Shown: piece after piece, positions 7,409 to 16,211 of the stretch
Layout of the letters: each line of letters begins with the position of its first letter
Position numbering within the stretch: the stretch's first letter is position 1
Assembly (NCBI GenBank): GCA_046734315.1
Contig: JBKPQY010000036.1
Span: 1-57,234 of the forward strand
Direction: 5' to 3'
DNA from: Actinomycetota bacterium
GTDB taxonomy: Bacteria; Actinomycetota; Actinomycetes; Mycobacteriales; Jatrophihabitantaceae
DNA length: 57,234 nucleotides
Notes under the pieces: generated by a model
The model's input: the letters and a program-made list of their open reading frames with translations, nothing else
Databases searched by the model: none
Told to the model about the DNA's origin: nothing
Program-made: the position numbers and the translations under genes

Positions 7409-10400
7409 ATGCGCGCACAGCACTCGACGGGTACGACACGGCGCATCTTCACGCGACGCAGGCGCCGTCGCGCGCTCGTAGCGGGGTTCGTCACGCTCGT
7501 CGTGACGGCAACGTTCCTACCGGCGTTGCGACCGGCACTGGCCCCGCGTGCGCACGCCGCGACGTCCTGCCCGGCGGCGGGCTGCCAAGTCACCGTCAAG
7601 GGGCTGGACTTCGGCACGGGCGACCCCCTCGCGACCTACAACTTCATCGTTAACGTCGACAACACGAAGCTCCCGTCGGACCCAACGTCGCTGAGCACCG
7701 AGAGCAACAGCCCGATCGTTGCCGAAGGCGACCAGGATCAGCCCACCGTGACGCTGCCGGAAGGCCGATACCTGATCTCGATGCGTTCTCTCGACCACAA
7801 GATGTGGGGGAACTACCTGACGCTGCCCGATGCAGCGGCTGCCGACGGGACCGTGACCGTCAACATGGAGCTCACCACGCAGAGCGCGGATCATCCGCTG
7901 CCGCTGGGGAAGATCCGCGTCTTCGTCTTCAACGACAACGCCTGGACGAACGGCGCCCCCGACACCGAGGAGCCCGGTCTCGGCGGGTTCCAGGTCGGGC
8001 TCGAGGAGCAGACCGGGAGCGCCGTCACGGTCGACTACAACAACAACCCGCTCTGCGGTGGCATTTGCAAGACCTCCAGCGCCGCCGCGACTCTCGGCTT
8101 CGTCGAGATCAACAACCTGGGTCCGGCGACTTACTTCATCGACGTGCACCCACCGGCCGGGCCGTGTAACAGCGATCCCGACAGCCAGTGGTACCAAACG
8201 AGCACGATCGACGGCGGACTGCAACTGATGGCGCCGACGGAAGAGGGCGCCGACGGGACCGGTGCGCCCGGCGAGCAGCTCTGGGAGCCTCCGAACATCC
8301 GCACCGCCTACTGGTTCGGCTTCGTGTGCGCGCCGCATCCCTTCGCGAATGCCGGAACCGGGGAGATCACCGGCACCGCGCGCAACTGGGTGGAGTGGGC
8401 CCCGTACACGACCGGGACGTTTACCGACCCGGTCGAGAACCCCTTCGTGGCGCTGTCGGACGCCTCGACCGACCAGACCGTCTTCGTCGGCCAGGGCGAC
8501 GCGGCCGGCAACTTCGACATCCAGAACGTCCCGGCGGGTGACTACAACCTCGCTGTGTGGGACGAGCAGCTCAGCTACATCATGCGGTTCAAGCCCGTCC
8601 ACATCGATCCCGGTCAAACCGTCGACATGAACGATGTCGGGGACGACGGCAGCGTCGGGCTCGGCGTCTCGCGCTGGTTCGCGTGGCTGGGCGGCAAGGT
8701 CTACAAGGACCTGAACCGCAACGGTCAGTACGACGCGGGCGTCGACGCGCCGATCCCGAACACCGACATGGACCAGCGCTGGCGGGACGGGTCGATCAAG
8801 GAGTCGACGTTCACCGACGCGAACGGAGATTACCTGTACCCCACCGCAGAGGGCGGAGCGCTCGGCCGCTGGTTCATCAACGAGCAGGGCTTCGCGCGCT
8901 TCTCGGCCGACCCGGGTGCCTCCGTGCACGACGAGCGGAACCCGGATCTCGTGACGCCTTCGTGCCTCGTCAACGGCACGCCGGTCGACCCTTGTATCCC
9001 GAACTCGCAGGGTGGCGGCCTGCTGATGAACCAGTCGTTGCTCGAGGGCCACCGGGCCACGGTGGACTGGGGCAAGCACGATTACCCCGCGGGGACGCCC
9101 GGCCAGATCGTCGGCATCACCTACTTCGCGACGACCCGTAACGAGTTCGACGCACGGTTCCAGGCGCACGAGGACTACGAGGCGGCGATCCCCGACGTGA
9201 CCGTCTACCTGGAGAGCCCGGGCCCGGACGGAGTCCCAAACACCGACGACGACTTCATCGTGAACGCCTACGTCACCGACCACTGGCAGCAGCCCAACGC
9301 AAGTCAGGACCCGGTCGATCCGGCCAACCCCAGCTTCTCGCAGAGCTGCAACCCGATCCTGGACGCCAGCGGGAATGACGTCACGGGCCAGTTCAACCCG
9401 GATATCGGGCCGAACTGCCTCGAGGTCCCCCTGGCCGGGCAGCACACCAAGGAAGGCGCCTTCGACGGCGGTTACGCCTTCGCGAACTACTGCCCAGACG
9501 GCTACGACCTCGCCACCGACGCATGCACCGACGGTTCTGCACCGGACGACCACCCGCTCGTGGCGGGCAACTACATCGTCCACGCGATCATGCCGAAGGA
9601 CACCAACGACAGTCGCCCGTGCAACCCGGGCGGAGCCGAACCGCAGCGCGTCACCGAGGCGCACGGCAGCGTCCCGGGCGGCGGGAACGGCTGCCTGTAC
9701 CGGATCGTGCGCGAGGAGGACGTCAACGTCGACCTGGGCAACCAGTTCGCGCCGCAGATCCCGCCTCCTCCGTGCAACGGCGACAACCACCTGATCGACA
9801 AGTCGACGCTGACTCCGCGCAGCGTCTACTTCCCGGTGGCCGACGCGCACGCGCCGCTGTGTGACAAGCACCTCGTGGTGCTGCAGAACCAGCAGAACGC
9901 GAACGCCGACTTCTTCATGATGACCAACTTCCGAACCGACCCGAACGGCGAGGATCCCACCGACACCCGGACCGGTGACGTCGAGGAACCCGGTCGGGTC
10001 GTCGGCCAGGTCTTCAACGACATCTACTTTGACCGCAACCAGATGTCCAACTGGTACGGCGAGCCCCGTCCGATCGGAAACATTCCGGTCGGGATCTACG
10101 CCCGCGTCGACACGGTCTGCGCAGGCGGCGGCACCAACTGCGCTACGCCGAACGTCAATGCGCCGTTCACCCGCGACAACTGGCGGCTGATCAAGACGGT
10201 CAACACGAGCATTGACGGCGCTTACGAAGCACTACTGCCCTCGACCGAGACGCTCAACTGTCCGATTCCGCAGGGACCTTGCCCCGGCATGTACATCGCC
10301 GTCGTGGACGACCCGGGCACCAAGGCCAACCCGAACCCGAACTACAACCCGAACCTGCTGACGGCGAACACGCCGTTCGAGGTGTGGCCAGGGCTCACGG

Positions 10401-12784
10401 ACCAGCTCGACACACCCGTCGACCCGATCTCCGGAACTGCATGCCAGGACCCGGCCGGAGCAACCGGCGGGATCGCACCGGATCCGTCCGACCCCGCGCG
10501 GCCGGAGCTACTGCAGGTTTCCACCCCGGTGGTGGGCCCGACCGGTGGCCGTCAAGTCACGATCCAGGGTGACTTCATCGGTATCGCTGGTGCGACCGGG
10601 GCAACGGGCGGCCGGATCACGCTGACCGACGTTCGGACCGGCGCAGTCACCACCTTGACCAGAGCCAACGGCGGAATAGCCAGCTGGACTCCGGGAACCG
10701 CGAGCACCCCGGACACGATCGTGATCAATGTGCCGGCCATCTCGGCACTGTTCCCGCCAGGCCCTAAGCAGCTCGCCATCATCACGGCGAACACCAATCC
10801 CGGCGGCGGTGGAGTCTCCAGCGTCAACGGCATCACCCTCCATGTGCGGGGCACGGTTGGCACCGTCACCTACAACCCGCCGGTCGTGAACGTTGCTCCG
10901 CCGCCGCCGGTTGGGACGAACCCGACCGCGCTACAGGACGCGATCAACGGCGCGGCTGCTGGCAGCCTGCTGGTTCTGTCGCCTGGCACCTACAACGAGA
11001 ACGTGCTGGTGTGGAAGCCGCTGAAGATCCAGGGTCTCGGCCCCGGCGGCATCATCGGCGCTCACGAGTTCCAAGGCCGCGACCCGGAGGACCCGCGGTT
11101 CAACATCAAGGGCAGCATCATCGACGGCCGCTTCTTCCAGCAGAACTTCGCGGGCTTCGACGCCACGGTGGCGGCCCACGCGCCGTACGTGCTACCCAAC
11201 TTCACGAGTGGTGCGGCGAGCACGGTGCTTCGGGGTGCTGACCTGACCGTCGTCGCTAAGAGCACCACGGCTTACGACGTGAGCGCGGTGCCCTCCGGAG
11301 ATAGCGCCGGGTTCGGTGGGGCCCGCATCGACGGCCTCGGCCTCATGACCGGGCACGGCGACGGGGCCGGCGGCATCCAACTGCAGGCCAGCGTCAACAA
11401 CATGCAAATGACGAACAATGTGCTCGAGAACAACGGCGGAGTCTTCGCCGGTGGCATCGGCGTCGGCCAACCGTTCGTTCACGGCAGCCACAACTTCAAC
11501 GTGCGCATCGCCAACGATCGGCTGATCGGCAACGGTGGGCTGACGTCGTCCGGCGGCCTCGGGATCTTCTACGGATCCAACAACTACGACGTGGCCAAAA
11601 ACATCATCTGCTCGAACTTCGGCGTCGAGTATGGTGGCGGCCTTTCGCACATCGGGCTCAGCCCGAACGGGAAGATCCACGACAACAAGATCTACTACAA
11701 CGATGCCGTCGACAGCGGCGGCGGCGTCTCGATCCAGTCCGAGCTCCCGGTCCCGTCCAACTGCGATCCCGTCACCGGCACGGTGGCGACGTGCTTGGGC
11801 ACGGGCACCGGCAACGTCGACATCGACCGCAACCTGATCCAGAGCAACGCCTCCGGTGACGACGGCGGCGGCATCTTCGTAGCCAACGCACTCACAGTGC
11901 CGATCAACATGCGCAACAACATGATCGTGAACAACCTGGCCGCGGATCTCGGCGGCGCCGTCATGCTCGATGACTCGTCGAACACCCGCGTCGTCAACAA
12001 CACGGTCGCCAACAACGTCACGACGGGCTCGTCCGAGTCGTCGCTGGTCGGTGTCCCGCACGGCGCCGGTCTGACCAGTGAGGCAAACGAACCGCTGTTC
12101 CAGGCGACGCTGCCGGCCGGCGCGCGGGACTTCTCGAACCCGGTGGCACTGTTCAACAACATCTTCTGGAACAACGACGCGATGACGCTCGACCAGTTCG
12201 GGCCAGGGGCGGCGCTTGTCGACAACGGCTTCATCGACTTCGAGATCCACGGCACGACGAACGCCGCTGACACGTTCACCCCGCGGTACTCGACCCTGAC
12301 CAACGGCAACATCCTCGGACCGGACGGGTTGCAGCACCCGGTGCCGGCAGGCCAGGGCAACCGGATTGGTGAAGATCCACTGTTCGTCGCACCGTTCGTG
12401 AACGAACTCACGGTCGCCGGATCGCGCCTCGATCCGCAGCAAGCGGCAGTGACGATCACTGGCCAGGACCCGCCGGTCGGGCTGACGGGCGACTACCACC
12501 TGACTGCAGCATCGCCCGCAGTCGACCGCGGCGTGCGTTGCTCGAACACACCCGTCCCGGCGAACCTGGCGGCCTGCGCGGCGACCGCCGTCCCCGCGCC
12601 GTCGGGCACCAACGCTGACTACGACGGGCAGTTCCGGCCGCAGCTGCGCACCCTGCGTATCACGACGCCGTGGGATCTTGGCGCCGACGAGCTGCCCGGC
12701 GTCCCGGTACTAACGCTGTCCGGTGCGGCCGCGACGCAACTAGCACTCCCATCCACACCACCCGCCCGAGCTCGGCTGGCGTGA
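7409..12784 (+). CDS. giant secreted multidomain protein: Arg-rich signal, CarboxypepD_reg/SdrD-B-like beta-sandwich repeats, IPT/TIG-like domain, right-handed parallel beta-helix (PbH1/NosD-like) region
   Basis: RBS GGGGGAGG then ATG 7409. Signal TRRIFTRRRRRRALVAGFVTLVVTATFL...AHA. GNFDIQNVPAGDYNLAVWD and KVYKDLNRNGQYDAGVDAPIPNTDM...TDANGDYLYP (SdrD-B-like). PELLQVSTPVVGPTGGRQVTIQGDF (IPT-like, ~10500-10860). Repeated N-x-I/V-x-x-N...GGG turns, for example NNVLENNGGVFAGGIGVG, IHDNKIYYNDAVDSGGGVSIQ, IDRNLIQSNASGDDGGGIFV (~11330-12180). Confidence 0.75.
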   Translation: MRAQHSTGTTRRIFTRRRRRRALVAGFVTLVVTATFLPALRPALAPRAHAATSCPAAGCQVTVKGLDFGTGDPLATYNFIVNVDNTKLPSDPTSLSTESNSPIVAEGDQDQPTVTLPEGRYLISMRSLDHKMWGNYLTLPDAAAADGTVTVNMELTTQSADHPLPLGKIRVFVFNDNAWTNGAPDTEEPGLGGFQVGLEEQTGSAVTVDYNNNPLCGGICKTSSAAATLGFVEINNLGPATYFIDVHPPAGPCNSDPDSQWYQTSTIDGGLQLMAPTEEGADGTGAPGEQLWEPPNIRTAYWFGFVCAPHPFANAGTGEITGTARNWVEWAPYTTGTFTDPVENPFVALSDASTDQTVFVGQGDAAGNFDIQNVPAGDYNLAVWDEQLSYIMRFKPVHIDPGQTVDMNDVGDDGSVGLGVSRWFAWLGGKVYKDLNRNGQYDAGVDAPIPNTDMDQRWRDGSIKESTFTDANGDYLYPTAEGGALGRWFINEQGFARFSADPGASVHDERNPDLVTPSCLVNGTPVDPCIPNSQGGGLLMNQSLLEGHRATVDWGKHDYPAGTPGQIVGITYFATTRNEFDARFQAHEDYEAAIPDVTVYLESPGPDGVPNTDDDFIVNAYVTDHWQQPNASQDPVDPANPSFSQSCNPILDASGNDVTGQFNPDIGPNCLEVPLAGQHTKEGAFDGGYAFANYCPDGYDLATDACTDGSAPDDHPLVAGNYIVHAIMPKDTNDSRPCNPGGAEPQRVTEAHGSVPGGGNGCLYRIVREEDVNVDLGNQFAPQIPPPPCNGDNHLIDKSTLTPRSVYFPVADAHAPLCDKHLVVLQNQQNANADFFMMTNFRTDPNGEDPTDTRTGDVEEPGRVVGQVFNDIYFDRNQMSNWYGEPRPIGNIPVGIYARVDTVCAGGGTNCATPNVNAPFTRDNWRLIKTVNTSIDGAYEALLPSTETLNCPIPQGPCPGMYIAVVDDPGTKANPNPNYNPNLLTANTPFEVWPGLTDQLDTPVDPISGTACQDPAGATGGIAPDPSDPARPELLQVSTPVVGPTGGRQVTIQGDFIGIAGATGATGGRITLTDVRTGAVTTLTRANGGIASWTPGTASTPDTIVINVPAISALFPPGPKQLAIITANTNPGGGGVSSVNGITLHVRGTVGTVTYNPPVVNVAPPPPVGTNPTALQDAINGAAAGSLLVLSPGTYNENVLVWKPLKIQGLGPGGIIGAHEFQGRDPEDPRFNIKGSIIDGRFFQQNFAGFDATVAAHAPYVLPNFTSGAASTVLRGADLTVVAKSTTAYDVSAVPSGDSAGFGGARIDGLGLMTGHGDGAGGIQLQASVNNMQMTNNVLENNGGVFAGGIGVGQPFVHGSHNFNVRIANDRLIGNGGLTSSGGLGIFYGSNNYDVAKNIICSNFGVEYGGGLSHIGLSPNGKIHDNKIYYNDAVDSGGGVSIQSELPVPSNCDPVTGTVATCLGTGTGNVDIDRNLIQSNASGDDGGGIFVANALTVPINMRNNMIVNNLAADLGGAVMLDDSSNTRVVNNTVANNVTTGSSESSLVGVPHGAGLTSEANEPLFQATLPAGARDFSNPVALFNNIFWNNDAMTLDQFGPGAALVDNGFIDFEIHGTTNAADTFTPRYSTLTNGNILGPDGLQHPVPAGQGNRIGEDPLFVAPFVNELTVAGSRLDPQQAAVTITGQDPPVGLTGDYHLTAASPAVDRGVRCSNTPVPANLAACAATAVPAPSGTNADYDGQFRPQLRTLRITTPWDLGADELPGVPVLTLSGAAATQLALPSTPPARARLA

Positions 12785-12821
12785 TCCGCGCCTCGGCGCC
12801 CGGCATCGAGAAGGGGGATCG

Positions 12822-14144
12822 ATGACCAGTCAACCAGGCATCGCCCGCCGCGACTTCTTCAAGGCTGCGGGGCTGGGTGCCGCCGGCGCGGTAGCCGTGG
12901 GGGCCGCAATGCGGTCCGGGCTGTTGCTTCCCGCGTCGGCGGCCGGCACCACCGCACTCTCGCTGGTCGCCTCGGACGGGTACATGAGCCTGCCGGGTCG
13001 GGAGGGCGATCCCGTCTACATCTTCGGCTTCGTCCCGGTCGACCCGAGCCTGCCCGTCGACCAGCTCGTGGCGACGTACAAGGGCCACACGAAGCACACC
13101 GCGCCGCATCTGAACTTCCGGCAGGACGACGACATCAAGATCACGCTGACGAACCTGGGGCTGGTGCAACGGCCGGACCTGACCGACTCGCACACGATCC
13201 ACTGGCACGGTTTCGACGTCCCGTCGCCACTCAATGACGGCGTGCCCGAGGTGTCCATCGCGGTACCCATCGGCAAGCAGGTCACCTACTTCTACCGCCC
13301 GCACCGCGAGGGCACGTACATGTACCACTGCCACTTCGAGGACGTCGAACACGTGCAGATGGGCATGACCGGGATCGTGTTCGTGCGCCCGCTACAGGAC
13401 GTCAACGGGGCGGGTGTCGGCGTGCCGGTCGCTCGCCAGGAGGGCGGAGCGTCAACCGCACCGCTCGGCTACGCCTACAACGACGGCAACGGATCTACCG
13501 CGTACGACCGGCACTTCGCCATTCTGCTCAACGAGGTATGGAAGAACTTCCACGACGGCGACCGCGACATTCAAGAGTCCATCGCCACGGACTACAACCC
13601 GCAGTGGTTCACGCTGAACGGGCGGTGCTATCCGCAGACTGTGTTGCCGAACGACAGCCCCAGCCTGCCGGAGGCAATGCGGATCGGCACCCCGAACGCC
13701 AACTATGACAACGCCATCGACTACAGCCAGCCCAACTCGGCGCTCGTCCAGGTGAACCCAGGCGATCGCGTCCTGTTGCGCCTGGCCAACCTCGGGTATC
13801 AGCAGCACTCGATGCAACTGCCAGGCATACCCATGAAGGTCGTCGGACAAGATGCGTCCTGGCTGGGCAAAGACGGCGTCGACAAGACGTACTTGACGAA
13901 CACGCTCTACATCGGCCCCGGCGAGGCCCGCGACGTGCTGTTCACCGCGCCGGCTCACGACCCGAATCGCCCATCGGGATCGGACACCAAGGGCGCGTAC
14001 AACGTCTATCGGTTCAAGAACCGAGACTGGCGGAGACTCTCCAACTTCGGAGCACCGCCCGGCCCCGGCGGAATGCAAACGGAAGTTCGCGTGTACGCGA
14101 ACCCGCTTCCCGCCCAGAGTGACGTGAGCCAGACCTATGTCTGA
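12822..14144 (+). CDS. multicopper-oxidase-like protein A: Tat signal, two cupredoxin domains, type-1 site plus half a trinuclear site in domain 1 only
   Basis: RBS AAGGGGGA. Twin-arginine motif ARRDFFKAAGLGAAG. HTIHWHG (H124/H127/H129) and YMYHCHFEDVEHVQMGM (H169-C170-H171, H177, M180/M182). The equivalent positions of domain 2 read QQHSMQLPG and GPGGMQTEV, so the ligands are lost there. Confidence 0.8.
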   Translation: MTSQPGIARRDFFKAAGLGAAGAVAVGAAMRSGLLLPASAAGTTALSLVASDGYMSLPGREGDPVYIFGFVPVDPSLPVDQLVATYKGHTKHTAPHLNFRQDDDIKITLTNLGLVQRPDLTDSHTIHWHGFDVPSPLNDGVPEVSIAVPIGKQVTYFYRPHREGTYMYHCHFEDVEHVQMGMTGIVFVRPLQDVNGAGVGVPVARQEGGASTAPLGYAYNDGNGSTAYDRHFAILLNEVWKNFHDGDRDIQESIATDYNPQWFTLNGRCYPQTVLPNDSPSLPEAMRIGTPNANYDNAIDYSQPNSALVQVNPGDRVLLRLANLGYQQHSMQLPGIPMKVVGQDASWLGKDGVDKTYLTNTLYIGPGEARDVLFTAPAHDPNRPSGSDTKGAYNVYRFKNRDWRRLSNFGAPPGPGGMQTEVRVYANPLPAQSDVSQTYV

Positions 14145-16185
14145 GCAGGCGACCGCGCGCCGCGGAAAGAAGGGCACAATGACGCAGAAGACCTGGCGCC
14201 TGGGGGCGGTGCTGGCGCTCGCGGCCGGCTCGCTGTTCGCCGTGTCGGTGCGCGGGTCGGCGCTACCTGCCGGGGCTCCCAAGGTGGGAATGGTCTGCAC
14301 GCCCGGCTCGGTCGCCGGCAGTACGCACACGTTCAACCTGGAGACGAAGACCGGCTATATCGAGACCCCCGACGGCAACAGCGTCTTCATGTGGAGCTAC
14401 GACGACCCGGGAGTGGACAACGGTCACTTCCAGAGCCCTGGCCCGGTCCTGTGCGCTACGCAGGGACAGACGATTGTCGTCAACCTGACGAACAACCTGT
14501 CGGAGCCTGTGTCCGTGGTCTTCCCAGGGCAGCAGGACGTGACGGCGAGCGGAGATACGGCCGGCCTGCTGACGACGGAGGCTGGCGCGAGCGGCGGCAC
14601 GGCCAGCTACAGCTTCACCGCGTCGAGCCCGGGCACGTACCTGTACGAGAGCGGCTCGGATATGGCTAAGCAGGTCGAGATGGGCCTCTACGGTGCCCTG
14701 GTCATCCGGCCGAGTGCGGGCCCCAACTTTGCCTACGGCACATCCACGCAGTTCAACCCGAGCCACGAGTACCTAGCGCTGCTCGCCGACATCGATCCGT
14801 TCCTGCATCACGCCGTGGAGACCGGCACCACGTACGACTTCAACTCGCGCGACAACCGGTACTTCACGATCAACGGGCGCAGCTTCCCCGACACGATCCA
14901 GGACAACGGGTCCGGATTGCTGCCGAACCAGCCGTACGGAGCGCTGGTGCGCATCCAACCGAACACGGCGGCCAACCCGTTGCCGGGCCTGATCCGGATG
15001 GTCAATGCCGGCGTGGACAACCACCCGTTCCACCCGCACGGCAACCACACCACGGAGATCGCACAGGACGGCCGGTTGCTACTGAGCCCCGGTGGGGCGT
15101 CGGCGGGGACCGAGCATTTCGGCGAGACGATCGGCGCCGGGCAGACCGAGGACTTCCTGCTGCGCTGGGATGACCAGGACCACTGGGATCCCGGCACCAA
15201 CCCGCTGCCGGTCCCGCCGCCGAACTACCGCGACGTGACATTCAAGGACGGCAACACCTGGTACAGCGGCAGCCCGTACCTCGGCTACAAGGGAACACTG
15301 CCTGCCGGAACGACGACGCAGAACATCTGCGGCGAGTGGTATTTCCCGTGGCACAGCCACGCATTGAACGAGTTCACGAACTTCGACGAGGGCTTCGGCG
15401 GGATGGGAACGCTGCTACGCGTCGATCCGCCTGGTGGCTGCTTCACCGCCGCCGCGTCGACGGTGATCGTCGGCGGGGTGCTCAAGGGCGGCTCGGTGAC
15501 CGCGCTGGCTGCCTCCGACGCCGCCTACTACCAGGTCAACCCGCGCACCACGACCCGCCCGAGTGCGACAACCGCAGGCCAGCTGAGCATCACCGTTGCA
15601 TCGGCGGCCGGCTTCCCGACGAGCGGGAATTACTTCATCCGCATTGACAACGAGGTCTTGCAGGTCACCGGTGGGCAGGGCACGACGACGTGGACGGTTG
15701 CACGTGGGCAGCTCGGAACCCTGGCCGCGAGTCACGCGAGCGGTGCAACCATTTCTGCGCTGGCCAACGACTGGTACGGGTCGTTCACCGGCGTGAAGGC
15801 CGGTTCGACGAACCTCAAGGTCACCTACCAGGGCAAGAACTGCGGCAACACAGCCGGCACGGGGTGCACGGCGATCGCGGCGAACCTCCCGCAGCAGACG
15901 GTCAAGATTTGCGACTGGACGATCTCCGGCGCGAGTGGCTGTGCCACCGCAACGTCGAACGGTTGGGTGACGTTGCCGGCGCCACCGGTCCAGCCGCGGG
16001 CTGTGGGCTCGACCGACGTGAGCTCCACCTGGACCCTTGCCGGTTCGGGCAGCCATTACATCGGCACGGGGACGTACAACGGCCAGGTCCGGGTACTCAT
16101 CCACACCCAGCGCTGGACACCGAGTAATCCGACGACCTTCTCGACGTGGGGGAACGTGCTGGCCCTCACCTACGACGCGCCGTGA
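14137..16185 (+). CDS. multicopper-oxidase-like protein B: ligand-free domain 1, half trinuclear site without type-1 Cys in domain 2, plus a ~250-aa C-terminal extension
   Basis: 8-nt overlap with the upstream gene. Signal peptide. Domain 1 reads VSVVFPGQ / YLYESGSD with no His ligands. Domain 2 has NHPFHPHGNH (H296/H299/H301) and FPWHSHALNEF (H406-S407-H408). An alternative start is ATG 14179. Confidence 0.75.
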   Translation: MSEQATARRGKKGTMTQKTWRLGAVLALAAGSLFAVSVRGSALPAGAPKVGMVCTPGSVAGSTHTFNLETKTGYIETPDGNSVFMWSYDDPGVDNGHFQSPGPVLCATQGQTIVVNLTNNLSEPVSVVFPGQQDVTASGDTAGLLTTEAGASGGTASYSFTASSPGTYLYESGSDMAKQVEMGLYGALVIRPSAGPNFAYGTSTQFNPSHEYLALLADIDPFLHHAVETGTTYDFNSRDNRYFTINGRSFPDTIQDNGSGLLPNQPYGALVRIQPNTAANPLPGLIRMVNAGVDNHPFHPHGNHTTEIAQDGRLLLSPGGASAGTEHFGETIGAGQTEDFLLRWDDQDHWDPGTNPLPVPPPNYRDVTFKDGNTWYSGSPYLGYKGTLPAGTTTQNICGEWYFPWHSHALNEFTNFDEGFGGMGTLLRVDPPGGCFTAAASTVIVGGVLKGGSVTALAASDAAYYQVNPRTTTRPSATTAGQLSITVASAAGFPTSGNYFIRIDNEVLQVTGGQGTTTWTVARGQLGTLAASHASGATISALANDWYGSFTGVKAGSTNLKVTYQGKNCGNTAGTGCTAIAANLPQQTVKICDWTISGASGCATATSNGWVTLPAPPVQPRAVGSTDVSSTWTLAGSGSHYIGTGTYNGQVRVLIHTQRWTPSNPTTFSTWGNVLALTYDAP

Positions 16186-16211
16186 GCAGCGAGGCGAAGG
16201 AGACAGTGGCG

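Noticed and set aside
7517-9871. 784-aa ORF on the minus strand, plus other long antisense ORFs such as 11192-12499, 5475-7064, 17659-19314, 18012-19901, 45303-46601 and 47008-48297
   Set aside because: They lie antisense to, or out of frame with, genes that have clear motifs. Their translations are Arg/Ala/Gly/Pro-rich low-complexity strings with no recognisable domains. This is the usual stop-codon-poor shadow ORF of very GC-rich DNA.
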